64,000 nt of DNA from an uncultured Gemmatimonadales bacterium (GCA_963783385.1 CAWANJ010000009.1:672001-736000); one strand, 5' to 3'; shown: positions 31,695 through 42,209, counted from the first letter of the stretch. Notes: a model not told the origin generated them from the sequence alone. Made by a program: numbers and translations.

Positions 31695-34119
31695 CGCAGC
31701 GCTCCTCGAGTCGGTGGATGATCTGCTTCAGCGCGCTCTCCACCTCCGCGTCTTCCAGCGTACGGTCCCGCGCCCGGAAGCGAAAGCGGAAGGCCAGGCT
31801 CCGCCGTCCGCCCTCGACACCCTCACCCTCGTAGACGTCGAACAGCCGCACATCCTCGAGCCACTCCGGCGCGGCTTCCCGGATGACCGCTTCGACCTCG
31901 GCGGCCCGGGTGCTCGCCGGCACCGCCAGGGCCAGGTCGCGGGGTACCGCCGGGAAGGTCGAGAGCGGATGGTACGGCGTCGGAGACGGAAGCTCGACGG
32001 CCTCGAGCCTGAACTCGAGCGCCCACACGGCCTCCGCCCATGGCGGCGCGTCGACGGCCTCCCGCCGCACGCGGCCGGCCCATCCGATCCGCCCCACCGG
32101 GCCCACCAGCTCGAACCGCTCCGCACCGAGCCATCGCGCCGCCCCGAAGCGCCCCAGCGCCGGCGCGTCCTCCCCGGCAGTGGGCGGAAGCGGCTGCAGC
32201 GTCGCGCCGCACAGCCCGGACGCCACCTCCTCGGCCACCCCCTTGAGGTCCCACATGTCCACCGCGGCAGGCTCGTCGGACCAGTGCGGCGGCCGGCGCC
32301 GACCCGTGAGCAGCGCCGCGACGCGAAGCTCCTCCGCCACGGGCACCTCGCCCGACTCGTCCTCGGCACGCCGGCGGAACACCGTGCCGATCTCGTAGAG
32401 CCGCACATCGCCGGTCCCGCGCGCCCAGTTGTGCTCGAGGCGGCGCAGGAGGACCGGCACCAGCGCTCCGCGCAGGAACCCTTCCTCCGCGGAGATCGGA
32501 TGGAGGAGCTCGACGGGCCGCTCCGCGTCGGCCTCGGACCGGGCCACCAGGCTCGAGCTCCTCGCCTCCAGCAGGCCGCGCGCCTCCAGCAGCCTCCGGA
32601 CCCGGTCGCTCCGCTCGAAGGACGGATCGTCGGGCACCACCGAGGGCCGGGTGGGGCGGGTGGCCGAGGGGAATCGCTCGTAGCCGTGCCGGCGCGCCAC
32701 CTCTTCGATGAGGTCCACCTCCCGCCGGATGTCCCCTTCCCGCCAGCCCGGGATCCGGAAGGCCAGGCCCCCGGTCTCGTCGCGCTCGAAGCCGATCGGC
32801 GCCAGCAGGCCCTCGATCGTCCCGGCGTCGAGGGCCAGGCCGAGGACACGCTGGACGCGCTCCGGACGCAGCGGCACCACGGTCCTCGGCCCCGGCAGCT
32901 CCCCGACGCGGACGGCCCCAGCCTCCGCGTTCCCTCCCGCCGTGGCCAGGATGAGCCGCACGCAGCGCGCGAGCGCCGCCTCGCCGCCCCGGCGGTCCAC
33001 GCCGCGCTCGAATCGGTAGGAGGCATCGGTGCTCAGCTCCAGCGAGCGCGCGGTGTGACGTGTGTGGGAAGGGTCGAACCACGCGCACTCCAAAAACACG
33101 TCGGTCGTCCCGGCCGTCACCTCGCTCTCCTCCCCACCCATCACTCCGGCCACCGCCACGGGCCCCTCTCGGTCCGCGATCACCGTGGCCAGCGGCTCGA
33201 GCGCGCGCTCCACGCCATCCAGCGTGCGGAGCCGCTCCCCGGACCGGGCCGCGCGCACGCCGATGCGCCCGCCCCGGATCCGGGCCAGGTCGAAGGCGTG
33301 CAACGGCTGGTTCAGCTCCCGCAGCACGTAGTTGGTGGCGTCGACCACGTTGTTGATGGGACGGGCCCCGACGGCGCGGAGCCTGGCCTGCAGCCAGGCG
33401 GGCGACGGCTTCACCTCCACGCCGCGGACCACGGCCCCGAGGTACCGACCGCAGCGTGCCGCGTCCTCGATCTCCACCGTCACGCCCCCGGCGCTCGCCG
33501 TCTCGGGGCCGTCGCGCCACGTCGGCTCCCAGTCGGCGCCCTCCACCGGCGGGACCCGGAGCGCCAGGCCCTGCTCGGCCGCGAGCTCCCGGGCCACGCC
33601 CACGTGGCACGCCAGGTCCACCCGGTTGGGGGTGATCTCCAGCTCGAGCGCCGCGTCCGGAAGGTCGAAGGCCTGCACCAGCGGGGTGCCCGGCTCGAGT
33701 CCGTCCGGAAGCCGGAGGATCCCGGACGCATCGGATCCCAGGGCAAGCTCGCGCTCCGAGCACAGCATTCCGTGGCTGGTGACCCCCCGGATGGCCCGCT
33801 CCTCGATGCGCAGCCCCCCCGGAAGCGTGGAGCCCGGCGCGATGAAGGGATACAGCCCCCCCTCGTGGATCACGGGGGCTCCACACACCACCTCCACCGG
33901 CGTCTCGCCGGCGTCCACCAGGCAGAGGCTGAGCCGGTCCGCGTCGGGATGCTCGCGGAGCTCCAGCACCCGCGCCACCCGGATGTCCTCGAGGCCTCGT
34001 CCCACCGGCACGATCTCCTCGACGCCGGTGACGGCCATGGCCAGCCGGTCGGCGACCTCCTCGGCCGTGCCCTGGAGCCCCGGCACGAGCTGCCGCAGCC
34101 AGTTCAGCGAGACGCGCAC
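31672..34119 (-). CDS. pheT: phenylalanine-tRNA ligase beta subunit
   Basis: MRVSLNWL, HPDADRL, TPNRVD, INNVVDATNYVL, FERGVD, FDVYEG. Confidence 0.98.
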   Translation of the reverse strand: MRVSLNWLRQLVPGLQGTAEEVADRLAMAVTGVEEIVPVGRGLEDIRVARVLELREHPDADRLSLCLVDAGETPVEVVCGAPVIHEGGLYPFIAPGSTLPGGLRIEERAIRGVTSHGMLCSERELALGSDASGILRLPDGLEPGTPLVQAFDLPDAALELEITPNRVDLACHVGVARELAAEQGLALRVPPVEGADWEPTWRDGPETASAGGVTVEIEDAARCGRYLGAVVRGVEVKPSPAWLQARLRAVGARPINNVVDATNYVLRELNQPLHAFDLARIRGGRIGVRAARSGERLRTLDGVERALEPLATVIADREGPVAVAGVMGGEESEVTAGTTDVFLECAWFDPSHTRHTARSLELSTDASYRFERGVDRRGGEAALARCVRLILATAGGNAEAGAVRVGELPGPRTVVPLRPERVQRVLGLALDAGTIEGLLAPIGFERDETGGLAFRIPGWREGDIRREVDLIEEVARRHGYERFPSATRPTRPSVVPDDPSFERSDRVRRLLEARGLLEARSSSLVARSEADAERPVELLHPISAEEGFLRGALVPVLLRRLEHNWARGTGDVRLYEIGTVFRRRAEDESGEVPVAEELRVAALLTGRRRPPHWSDEPAAVDMWDLKGVAEEVASGLCGATLQPLPPTAGEDAPALGRFGAARWLGAERFELVGPVGRIGWAGRVRREAVDAPPWAEAVWALEFRLEAVELPSPTPYHPLSTFPAVPRDLALAVPASTRAAEVEAVIREAAPEWLEDVRLFDVYEGEGVEGGRRSLAFRFRFRARDRTLEDAEVESALKQIIHRLEERCDARVRSA

Positions 34120-34135
34120 GCTCGGCCCCGGCCGC

Positions 34136-35179
34136 TCAGGTGGAGGCGAACTGGCGCAGGAAGCGCACGTCGCCCTCGTGCAGGAGACGGAGGTCCGGGA
34201 TCCCGTGCCGCAGGAGCGCCATCCGACCCGGGCCCATGCCGAAGGCGTAGCCGGTGTAGCGCTCCGGGTCGTAGCCCACGGCCTCGAACACCGCCGGGTC
34301 GACCATGCCCGAGCCCATGATCTCGATCCAGCCCGTCCCCTTGCACGTCGCGCAGCCCGAGCCCCCGCAGATCGTGCAGCTCACCTCCACCTGGGCCGAG
34401 GGCTCCGTGAACGGGAAGAAGTCGGGGCGGAAGCGCGTGCGGGCGTCCGGTCCGAAGAAGCGCCGGACGAAGTGCTCGATCGTGGAGCGGAACTCGACGA
34501 AGTCGACGCCCTCGTCCACCGCGAGGCCCTCGATCTGGTCGAAGACCGCGGCGTGGGAGGCGTCGATGGACTCGCGCCGGTAGCACACGCCCGGCACCAC
34601 CACCCGCACCGGAGGTTCGTGGGTCTGCATGGTCCTCGCCTGGACGGGCGAGGTGTGGGTGCGCAGGACGACGCCGTCCTCGAGATAGAAGGTGTCGTGC
34701 ACGTCGGCCGCGGGGTGGTCGAGCGGGATGTTGAGGGCGGTGAAGTTGTACCACTCGGTCTCCACCTCGGGACCCCGCACCCGCGTGAATCCGAGCTCAC
34801 GGAAGATGTCGCAGATCTCGTCGATGACGGCCGTGACCGGATGGGAGCCCCCCTGCCAGGCGGTCCGGCCGGGCAGGCTCAGGTCGCGCTCGGCCGCCGC
34901 TCGGGCGCTCTCCCTAAGCCGCAGCTCCGCGGCGCGCGCCTCGTGCGCCTCCTCGAGGACGCGCTTGACCGCGTTGCCCTTCTGTCCGACCGGGCGGCGT
35001 TGATCGGCCGGCAGCGATCCGATCTGTCCCAGCACCGCGGCGACACCGCCGCTACGCCCCAGGAAGCGGACGCGCGCCGCCTCCAGCTCGTCGGGGTGGG
35101 CGGCGTCCCGGAGGGCGGCCAACCCCTCCTCCTCGATGGCCGCGAGCCGCTCGAGGAGGGGGCTCCCCCCCTCGCTCAA
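34136..35179 (-). CDS. pheS: phenylalanine-tRNA ligase alpha subunit
   Basis: [27 protein letters not shown], CxxCxGxGCxxC, GYAFGMG. Confidence 0.98.
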   Translation of the reverse strand: MSEGGSPLLERLAAIEEEGLAALRDAAHPDELEAARVRFLGRSGGVAAVLGQIGSLPADQRRPVGQKGNAVKRVLEEAHEARAAELRLRESARAAAERDLSLPGRTAWQGGSHPVTAVIDEICDIFRELGFTRVRGPEVETEWYNFTALNIPLDHPAADVHDTFYLEDGVVLRTHTSPVQARTMQTHEPPVRVVVPGVCYRRESIDASHAAVFDQIEGLAVDEGVDFVEFRSTIEHFVRRFFGPDARTRFRPDFFPFTEPSAQVEVSCTICGGSGCATCKGTGWIEIMGSGMVDPAVFEAVGYDPERYTGYAFGMGPGRMALLRHGIPDLRLLHEGDVRFLRQFAST

Positions 35180-35532
35180 CCGATGTGCTCGGCGGCGATG
35201 CGGGCCAGCTCGGCGAAGGCCTCGGGCTCGCGCACGGCCAGGTCCGCCAGAACCTTGCGATTCAGCTTGATATCAGCGGTCTTCAGTCCATTGATGAAGC
35301 GGGAATAGGACAGACCGTTCTGCCGCGCGGCGGCGTTGATCCGGATGATCCACAGGCGTCGGAAGTCCCGCTTCCTCCGCCGGCGATCGCGGTAGGCGTA
35401 CTGCCAGCCACGCTCGACGGCGTTCTTGGCAGGACGGTATAGCTTGGAGCGGCCGCCGAAGTAGCCCTTGGCCTCCTCGAGGACCTTCTTTCGGCGCTTG
35501 TTGCGCGCCACGTTGGTCTTCACGCGCGGCAT
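35176..35532 (-). CDS. rplT: 50S ribosomal protein L20
   Basis: [24 protein letters not shown]. Confidence 0.99.
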   Translation of the reverse strand: MPRVKTNVARNKRRKKVLEEAKGYFGGRSKLYRPAKNAVERGWQYAYRDRRRRKRDFRRLWIIRINAAARQNGLSYSRFINGLKTADIKLNRKVLADLAVREPEAFAELARIAAEHIG

Positions 35533-35533
35533 G

Positions 35534-35731
35534 TCAGCCCCCCGCCAGCAGGCGGCGCACGCGCTTCTCGTCGGCCTTGGACACCAGGGTCGAGTGGCGC
35601 AGACGGCGCTTCCGCTTGGTCGTCTTCTTGGTCAGGATGTGGCTCTTGTACGCCCGGTTCCGCCGGTACTTGCCGCTTCCGGTCTTCTTGAAGCGCTTCG
35701 CGGCCGAACGGTTGGTCTTCATCTTCGGCAT
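35534..35731 (-). CDS. rpmI: 50S ribosomal protein L35
   Basis: [27 protein letters not shown]. Confidence 0.99.
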   Translation of the reverse strand: MPKMKTNRSAAKRFKKTGSGKYRRNRAYKSHILTKKTTKRKRRLRHSTLVSKADEKRVRRLLAGG

Positions 35732-35771
35732 GATCGCGTCCTCTGTGGTCCGATCTCTCGTCCGCGCCGCA

Positions 35772-36283
35772 TCAACGGCGCGGGGCCAGCACGAGGCTCA
35801 TGTTCCGGCCCTCGTGGCTCACGCCCGAATCCACCACGGCCAGCTCCTCGAGCTCCGTCCGGATCCGGTCCAGGAGCCGATGCCCGAACTCCGGGCGCGT
35901 CACTTCTCGGCCCCGCAACATGACCGTGAACTTGACCCGGTCGCCCGCGGCCAGGAACTCGCGGGTCCGGCGCAGCTTCACGCTCAGGTCGTGCTCGTCG
36001 ATGGCCGGGCGGAGCTTCACCTCCTTGACGTGCACGACGCGCTGCTTGCGGCGCGACCCCTGCTCTTCCGCGCCAGCGCGTACTTGTACTTCCCGTAGTC
36101 CATGATCCGGCACACCGGGGGCCGGGCGTCCGGCGCCACCTCGACCAGGTCCAGGCCACGCTCTTCGGCCATGGACCGGGCCTCCTCGGTGGGCAGCACA
36201 CCGACCTGGGCGCCCGTCTCGTCGACCAGCCGCACGGAGCTGATCCGGATCGCGTCGTTGACGCGGAGCTCGCCCTGGCTCAA
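35772..36283 (-). CDS. infC: translation initiation factor IF-3; TTG start; frameshift ~36065
   Basis: [57 protein letters not shown]. Confidence 0.95.
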
Positions 36284-36349
36284 CTGGACCTCGCGGCCGC
36301 CAACCGTTCGCCGCCGGGGCCCGGCGGCCACGCTGCGCCCGACGGCACG

Positions 36350-36499
36350 AAAAAACCCGGTTCGGCAGAGCCGACCGGGTGCAGTCACGGCGAGGCGACC
36401 GCGCCCCGCGCGCTCGCCTCGTCCCCTGCGACCCGGTGGCCACGCCCGCCCGCGGGCGCGCCGAAAGGTGGGAGCCTCCGCTCCACTTGCCTCGTTGTG
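36350..36499 (-). promoter_or_regulatory. infC-rpmI-rplT leader with terminator/antiterminator (putative L20 leader)
   Basis: Terminator ACCCGGTCGGC-TCT-GCCGAACCGGGT-TTTTT (36380-36350); upstream ACCGGGTCGCAG (36437-36426) can pair with CTGCACCCGGT. Confidence 0.7.
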
Positions 36500-36505
36500 C
36501 AGGAG

Positions 36506-36534
36506 AAGCTAGGCAATGCGGCCCCGGTCGTCAA
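36506..36534 (-). promoter_or_regulatory. sigma70-type promoter for infC
   Basis: TTGACG-N17-TAGCTT. Confidence 0.65.
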
Positions 36535-36738
36535 TCGCGGACTCGGCCGGCGGGACCCCACTTCTCGCGCTCCGGCACGACGTTCGCGGGGCAGGTCGGG
36601 CCCGCGTGGCGCGTGGCGGAGGCAGGCCTCGCCGCCGGCGACTCGGACCTCGACTCGACGCACGATGCCCCGTGCCCTACACTGGGCAGCCGCGCGGCGC
36701 ACACAGGACCACACCACGGGAAGGGAGCGAGGGGAACC

Positions 36739-37440
36739 GTGAAGGGATCCAGGATACCCACGATCGTCGCCACCGTCGTCGTATGTCTCGTCGTGGCAGC
36801 GGGAGCCATCTGGCTGTTCATGATCTCCGGGACGTTCAACGTGGCGGCCTCCTCGCCCACGTCGGGCCTGGAGCGCTGGGTGCTCAACACGGTCCGCAGC
36901 CACTCCATCGAGCGGCGGGCGAAGAACCTGACCGTCCCCGACCTCGACGACACTACCCGCATCCGCCAGGGCTTCATCCACTACCGCGAAGCGTGCGTGG
37001 ACTGCCACGGCGTGCCAGGCAAGGGCCGGGAGGAGTTCGCCTCGGACATGAACCCCCGGCCTCCGCGCTTCTTCCGCACTCCCGAGGACCTGGCCCGCAT
37101 GCGGGCCCGCCGGCAGCAGCTGGAGGCCGGGGGAGGAGAAGCCGGAGAGGGCCGACGCCCCGGCGGGGGCGCGGACCGTGAGGCGCGCGAGACCCGGGAG
37201 AACCAGCACAATTTCTGGAAGATCAAGAACGGCATCGAGATGACCGGGATGCCCGCCTTCGGCGGCTCCCACTCCGACGAAGAGATCTGGGACATGGTAG
37301 CTTTCGTGAACCGGCTGCGCCGGGGCATGACCGCCGCCCAGTACGACTCCCTGGTGGCCACGACCCCCGCCGAGAGCGCCGAGGAGCACGAGCACGAGCA
37401 TCCCAGGGACGGAGCGAACGGGGAGCCCTCGGGCGGCTGA
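36739..37440 (+). CDS. membrane-anchored monoheme cytochrome c
   Basis: N-terminal TM; CVDCHG; MNPRPP; FWKIKNGIEMTGMPAFG; EEIWDMVAFV. Confidence 0.88.
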   Translation: MKGSRIPTIVATVVVCLVVAAGAIWLFMISGTFNVAASSPTSGLERWVLNTVRSHSIERRAKNLTVPDLDDTTRIRQGFIHYREACVDCHGVPGKGREEFASDMNPRPPRFFRTPEDLARMRARRQQLEAGGGEAGEGRRPGGGADREARETRENQHNFWKIKNGIEMTGMPAFGGSHSDEEIWDMVAFVNRLRRGMTAAQYDSLVATTPAESAEEHEHEHPRDGANGEPSGG

Positions 37441-37485
37441 GCCGCCCCGGATCGCGGGCCTCCCGGGCTCTTCCCGGGAGCCCGC

Positions 37486-39429
37486 TCAGGCCGGGGCCAG
37501 CGCCCGGCTCTCGACCTCCCGCGCGACGCGCTCCACGAAGTCCTCCACCGACATGACCTGCTGCTTCTTCTCGGCCCCGCGGGCCCGGACCGCGACGGTG
37601 CCGGCCTCCACCTCGCGGGCTCCCACCACCAGCAGGTAGGGGATCTTCTGCAGCTCGCCGTCCCGCACGCGGTAGCTGAGCGTGTCGGAGCGAGCGTCGA
37701 TCTCGGCCCGGATCCCGGCCGCCTTGAGCGCCCGCACGACCTCGCCGGCCGCCTCCTCCTGATCCTCGGTGATCGGGATCACCCGCGCCTGGACGGGTGC
37801 CAGCCACGTCGGAAACGCCCCGCCGAAGTGCTCGATGAGCACGCCCGTGAACCGCTCCAGGGTCCCGAAGATGGCGCGGTGGATCATGACCGGCCGGTGC
37901 GGCGCGTTGTCCGGGCCGATGAACTCCAGCTCGAAGCGCTCGGGCAGGTTGAAGTCCAGCTGGATCGTGGCGCCCTGCCACTCGCGGCCGATGGCGTCGC
38001 GAAACTTGATGTCGATCTTGGGCCCGTAGAAGGCTCCGCCCCCCTCGTCGAGGCCGTAGTCGGCGCCCGCCCGCTCCAGCGCCTGCCGGAGGGCGGCTTC
38101 CGCCCGGTCCCAGACCTCGTCGGCGCCGATCCGGTTCTCGGGCCGGGTGGAGAGGTCGAAGCGGTACTCGAGACCCAGCGTGCCCATCACCGTGTCGACC
38201 AGGTCCAGGCAGGTGAAGATCTCGTCCTCCACCTGATCGGGCGTGCAGAACAGGTGCCCATCGTCCATGGTCAGCATGCGGACGCGCAGGAGCCCGTGCA
38301 GGGTGCCCGAGCGCTCGTACCGGTACACGTTGGCGATCTCCGACAGGCGGAGCGGCAGGTCCCGGTAGCTCCGCTGCCGCGAGGCGTAGATCAGGATGTG
38401 CCCCGGGCAGTTCATGGGCTTGACGCGGTAGGCCTCGCCCTCGCCCTCCCCCTGCATACGCGGGAACATGTTCTCGGCGTAGGTCTGCAGGTGACCGGAG
38501 CGCGCGAACAGCTTCTCGCTGGTCACGTGCGGCGTGAACACGAAGTCGTAGTCCTGAGCCGCCAGGAGGTCCTCGATCCAGCGGCGCAGGTGGAGCTGCA
38601 CCGTAGCCCCCTTGGGATGCCAGAACACGAGCCCGGCCCCGGCGTCCTCCTCGATGCTGAACAGGTCGAGCTCCTGGCCCAGCTTGCGGTGGTCCCGCTT
38701 ACGGGCCTCCTCGAGCCGGTGCAGGTGCTCCTCGAGCGCGGCTTCCGTATAGAAGGCCGTGCCGTAGATGCGCTGCAGCATGGGCCGGTGCTCGTCGCCT
38801 CTCCAGTAGGCACCGGCGGCCGACAGGAGCCGGAAGTGCCGCACCTCGCCCGTACGCGGCACGTGAGGTCCCCGGCACAGGTCCACAAACTCGCCGTCCC
38901 GGTAGATCGAGATCGTCTCGTCCTCGGGGATCTCCGCGAGCCGCTCGAGCTTGTAGGGATCCCCCTCGAACAGCGCGCGCGCCTCCTCGCGGCCGACCTC
39001 CTGCCGCTCCATGGCGAGGTCGGCCTCGACCACCTCCCGCATGGCGGCCTCGATGCGCTCGAGGTCCTCCGGGGTGAACGGCTCCGGGACGTCGAAGTCG
39101 TAGTAGAACCCTTCCTCGATGGGCGGACCGAACCCGATCCCGGCGTCCGGGTGGAGCTCCCGCACCGCCGAGGCCAGCACGTGGGCCGCCGTGTGCCGCA
39201 GGACGTACAGCGCGTCCGCGCTGTTGTCGTCCCGGGTGACGATGGAGACGCGAGCTCCGTCGGGCAGATCCCGACCCAGGTCCCGGAGCTCGCCATCGGC
39301 CTTCGCCGCCACCGCGTCGCGGGCCAGGCCCGGCCCGATCGAGGCGGCCAGGTCCGCGGCCGTGGAACCGGCAGGAAGCTCCTTCGTGGAGCCGTCGGGG
39401 AGGGTGATCGTGATCGTCTGGTCGCTCAT
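37486..39429 (-). CDS. thrS: threonine-tRNA ligase
   Basis: TGS domain, LRHTAAHVLA, DLCRGPH, RDHRKLG, KPMNCP, FYGPKID. Confidence 0.99.
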   Translation of the reverse strand: MSDQTITITLPDGSTKELPAGSTAADLAASIGPGLARDAVAAKADGELRDLGRDLPDGARVSIVTRDDNSADALYVLRHTAAHVLASAVRELHPDAGIGFGPPIEEGFYYDFDVPEPFTPEDLERIEAAMREVVEADLAMERQEVGREEARALFEGDPYKLERLAEIPEDETISIYRDGEFVDLCRGPHVPRTGEVRHFRLLSAAGAYWRGDEHRPMLQRIYGTAFYTEAALEEHLHRLEEARKRDHRKLGQELDLFSIEEDAGAGLVFWHPKGATVQLHLRRWIEDLLAAQDYDFVFTPHVTSEKLFARSGHLQTYAENMFPRMQGEGEGEAYRVKPMNCPGHILIYASRQRSYRDLPLRLSEIANVYRYERSGTLHGLLRVRMLTMDDGHLFCTPDQVEDEIFTCLDLVDTVMGTLGLEYRFDLSTRPENRIGADEVWDRAEAALRQALERAGADYGLDEGGGAFYGPKIDIKFRDAIGREWQGATIQLDFNLPERFELEFIGPDNAPHRPVMIHRAIFGTLERFTGVLIEHFGGAFPTWLAPVQARVIPITEDQEEAAGEVVRALKAAGIRAEIDARSDTLSYRVRDGELQKIPYLLVVGAREVEAGTVAVRARGAEKKQQVMSVEDFVERVAREVESRALAPA

Positions 39430-39540
39430 CGCATACCCGTCGATGATCCGTGATGTGAGTCGGCCCGGGCGTCGGCGACGCCCGGGCCGGAGAACCTAGG
39501 CCCGCCGACGGCCCGCCGAAAGCGGCGGGCCGTCCGCGGA

Positions 39541-40068
39541 TCAGGGCTTCTTCAGGATGCCGTAGCGAACCACGGCCCCCTGCGCGTTGGTCACCACCCA
39601 CACCTTGGCGCCGACCTGGTCTGCCAGCCCGCTCGAAACGGAGTTCAGGGGCACGTCCTGCCCGCCCTCGGTTCGCAGGAAGAAGTCCCCGGCGTCCGAG
39701 CGGCGCAGGTAGCCTACCGTGGGCGTGTCGCCGTCCACGGACAGGACGGTGTAGCCGGAGGCCCGCAGGTCAGGCCCCATGGCCTGGCCGCGGGAGGCGG
39801 AGTCGATGACGCCCACGACCCGGACGCGGGCACCGACCAGGCGGCTGATCTCGCTCTCGTACGGACCGACGATCCGCACCGTGCCGGACGAGTCCTCCAC
39901 GATCGTGCGCACGAACGGCGTGTTACCCACCTGGCGCACGCTGCCGCTCACCGTGTCGGCTGCCGTGCTGTCGGCCGAGCCGGACTCCACGCGCACGTGG
40001 CGCGCGCAGGCCAGCGGCCCCCCGGTCGCGAGGAGTAGCACGAGCGCCGTCCGAGCCGTCCTGTTCAT
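39541..40068 (-). CDS. hypothetical lipoprotein
   Basis: GGAGG RBS; signal ending LAC; two short beta-rich repeats (LVGARVRVVG / QVGAKVWVV). Confidence 0.7.
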   Translation of the reverse strand: MNRTARTALVLLLATGGPLACARHVRVESGSADSTAADTVSGSVRQVGNTPFVRTIVEDSSGTVRIVGPYESEISRLVGARVRVVGVIDSASRGQAMGPDLRASGYTVLSVDGDTPTVGYLRRSDAGDFFLRTEGGQDVPLNSVSSGLADQVGAKVWVVTNAQGAVVRYGILKKP

Positions 40069-40141
40069 GCGCGCCTCCTGTCGCCGAGTGAGGGAGTGGC
40101 CACACGCCCCGAGCCGTCCGGCGCTCGGCCGCCCATCAGGT

Positions 40142-42064
40142 CTACTGGGTTCGCACCACCGTGACCTGGGCCGCCGCCGAGCCGGGCAAGGCCCCGCCCG
40201 TGGGGTCGGTGAGCCGCAGCTCGAAGATGGGGACCGAGCTGGCGGCGCTGAACTCGAAGTACTTCTCCGCGCTCCCCTTCACGTCGAACGAGACGGTGTC
40301 GGCCACGAACCCGCGGCTCGTCACCGCGAGCGGATAGGGCTGCTGGAACTCCGGGTTCTGTCCCGTGCCGCTGTTGTTGTGCAGACCCAGATACAGGTCC
40401 CGCAGGTCCCAGGTCGGCAGGTCCTGCTGGCTGGACGCGAGCGACACCCCGATGTCGTCCACGTCCGGCATGATCGAGAAGTCGGCCAGCAGCTCCGGCC
40501 AGGTCACCTGCTGGCCCGTCATGTCCGCGATCGCGCCGATGACGTCGTCGATGCCCGCCTGGTGCGCCGATCCGCCGCTGGCAAGCCGCTGGAAGAGGGC
40601 CTGCTCGTCGCTCCCCGGGATCGCGCCGCTGCCGGACGGCCCGAAGTGATCCCCGAGCCAGCGCAGGAACACCCAGGCGAAGCCCCGCATCTCCAGCGAG
40701 GGGATGCCGCCCGGGTCCTTGTCCGTGACCACGGTCTGCGTGCCCGACGGGTTCATGAAGTAGCGGGCCAGCCGGCCGAAGTCGTCCAGGAAGAAGGTAT
40801 TGAACACGTCCGTCTGGGTCTCGGTGGTCCCGATGGGCGCCGGGGCGCTGCCGGTCACGTCGCTGAAGGTGAGGTTGTTCCGCACGCCGTGCCCGCCGGC
40901 CGCCAGCCCCACGATCTCCTCGGCCACGTGGGACAGTCCCTCGTCCAGCCACACGTCGTTGAGGTCGTTGAAGGTGCCGTCGGACTTGATGATCCGGTCC
41001 TCGGCCCCCAGCAGATGCTGGAACTCGTGCGAGCTCACGCTGCGGGCGTTCTCCTTGGCCCGAGTGATCGACACCGCGTCGCTGAAGTCACCGTTGGGAT
41101 CCGGCGCCAGCAGGTACAGCATCTCGGCCTCGTTGCTGGTCGGGCAGGTGCCCGCCGTCTGCGACCCGGCCGTCGAGCTCGCGTCGCGTCGCGCGAGGTC
41201 CGTGGGGATGAAGAAGCCGCCGATGAAGGTCTGGGAGCCCTTGGAGGTGAGCGCGTTCACCTCCCTGGTGAACAGCACGATCACGTGCCCATTGTTGTCG
41301 ATGTCACCCGGCCCGCCGAAGTAGGCGCTGTCGATGGCGAAGATGTAGTTGTCGAACTCGTCGGCGAGCTGCTGGTAGTCGGTGACCGAGAAGTCGGCGG
41401 TGTTGCCCGTGTCGGCCACGAAGACGGCCCGCTGGCCGACCTTTTCGACCACCGCCGTGATCCGGCTGTCCTTCGTGGTGTCACAGGTGATGCTGAGGTC
41501 GGTCTTCTGCACCGGGTAGTTGAAGTGCAGCGTGTCCCCCAACGCGGGGGCTGTGGCGGCGCGGAGAGCGAAGGCCGGTCCCCTGCCCCCGGCGCCGGGT
41601 CGCGCCGGCTGCAGTGGATGGCTGCGCAGGTAGGCCCGGATGTTGAGCCGCAGCCTGAGCTCCATCACATCGCGCTGCGCCCAGCGTTGGGCGAGATCGG
41701 ACGAAAGGCGTGGCGTCGCCGCGTACCGCGGACGAACGTCCGCCGAGCCCGAGCCCGAGGCCGAGGTGACCAGCTTCATGGAGGTGGAGGCCGTGGTCTG
41801 GGACGCGCTCTGCACGGCGAGCCGGTACTCCCGGGCCCCGCTGGCCGCCGGGAACTGCAGCTTGAGGATTTTGCCGTCCGCCGTCACCGTCTGACCCTGT
41901 CCGAGGGCCAGATCGAGGTTGACGGCGGTGCTGTCGCCCGCCGGTGGGGGAGCCGTCGTGCCGCCGCCGCAGCCGACCAGGAGGGCCGCGAAGCCCACGA
42001 AGATCGCCGCACGCGCGGGAGCCCGCCCAGGGCTCCCCGTGCCCATCGTCCGCTTGCTTGCCAT
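40142..42064 (-). CDS. lipoprotein zinc metallopeptidase (gluzincin-type)
   Basis: LVGCGG lipobox; HEFQH + WLDEGLSHVAEE; DIDNNG. Confidence 0.78.
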   Translation of the reverse strand: MASKRTMGTGSPGRAPARAAIFVGFAALLVGCGGGTTAPPPAGDSTAVNLDLALGQGQTVTADGKILKLQFPAASGAREYRLAVQSASQTTASTSMKLVTSASGSGSADVRPRYAATPRLSSDLAQRWAQRDVMELRLRLNIRAYLRSHPLQPARPGAGGRGPAFALRAATAPALGDTLHFNYPVQKTDLSITCDTTKDSRITAVVEKVGQRAVFVADTGNTADFSVTDYQQLADEFDNYIFAIDSAYFGGPGDIDNNGHVIVLFTREVNALTSKGSQTFIGGFFIPTDLARRDASSTAGSQTAGTCPTSNEAEMLYLLAPDPNGDFSDAVSITRAKENARSVSSHEFQHLLGAEDRIIKSDGTFNDLNDVWLDEGLSHVAEEIVGLAAGGHGVRNNLTFSDVTGSAPAPIGTTETQTDVFNTFFLDDFGRLARYFMNPSGTQTVVTDKDPGGIPSLEMRGFAWVFLRWLGDHFGPSGSGAIPGSDEQALFQRLASGGSAHQAGIDDVIGAIADMTGQQVTWPELLADFSIMPDVDDIGVSLASSQQDLPTWDLRDLYLGLHNNSGTGQNPEFQQPYPLAVTSRGFVADTVSFDVKGSAEKYFEFSAASSVPIFELRLTDPTGGALPGSAAAQVTVVRTQ

Positions 42065-42209
42065 GGCTCCCCTTTCCCGGTCGCGGGTCCCGGCCTCTGG
42101 TCGAAGACGAAGTCCGAGCGGCCTCCGTCACCCGTCCCACCAACGGCTTGGCTACCTCCATTGGGCAACGAAAGGTCCCCCTGAAGGCGTTCCTCGATTC
42201 CCGAAACGC

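Noticed and set aside
30919-34320. Very long + strand ORFs (1133 aa here; also 1433..4453, 26638..29250, 41919..44069)
   Set aside because: Antisense shadows of real genes, expected at this GC content
36055-36080. infC frameshift as pseudogene or recoding
   Set aside because: Essential gene with both halves intact and no slippery motif; best explained as an assembly indel
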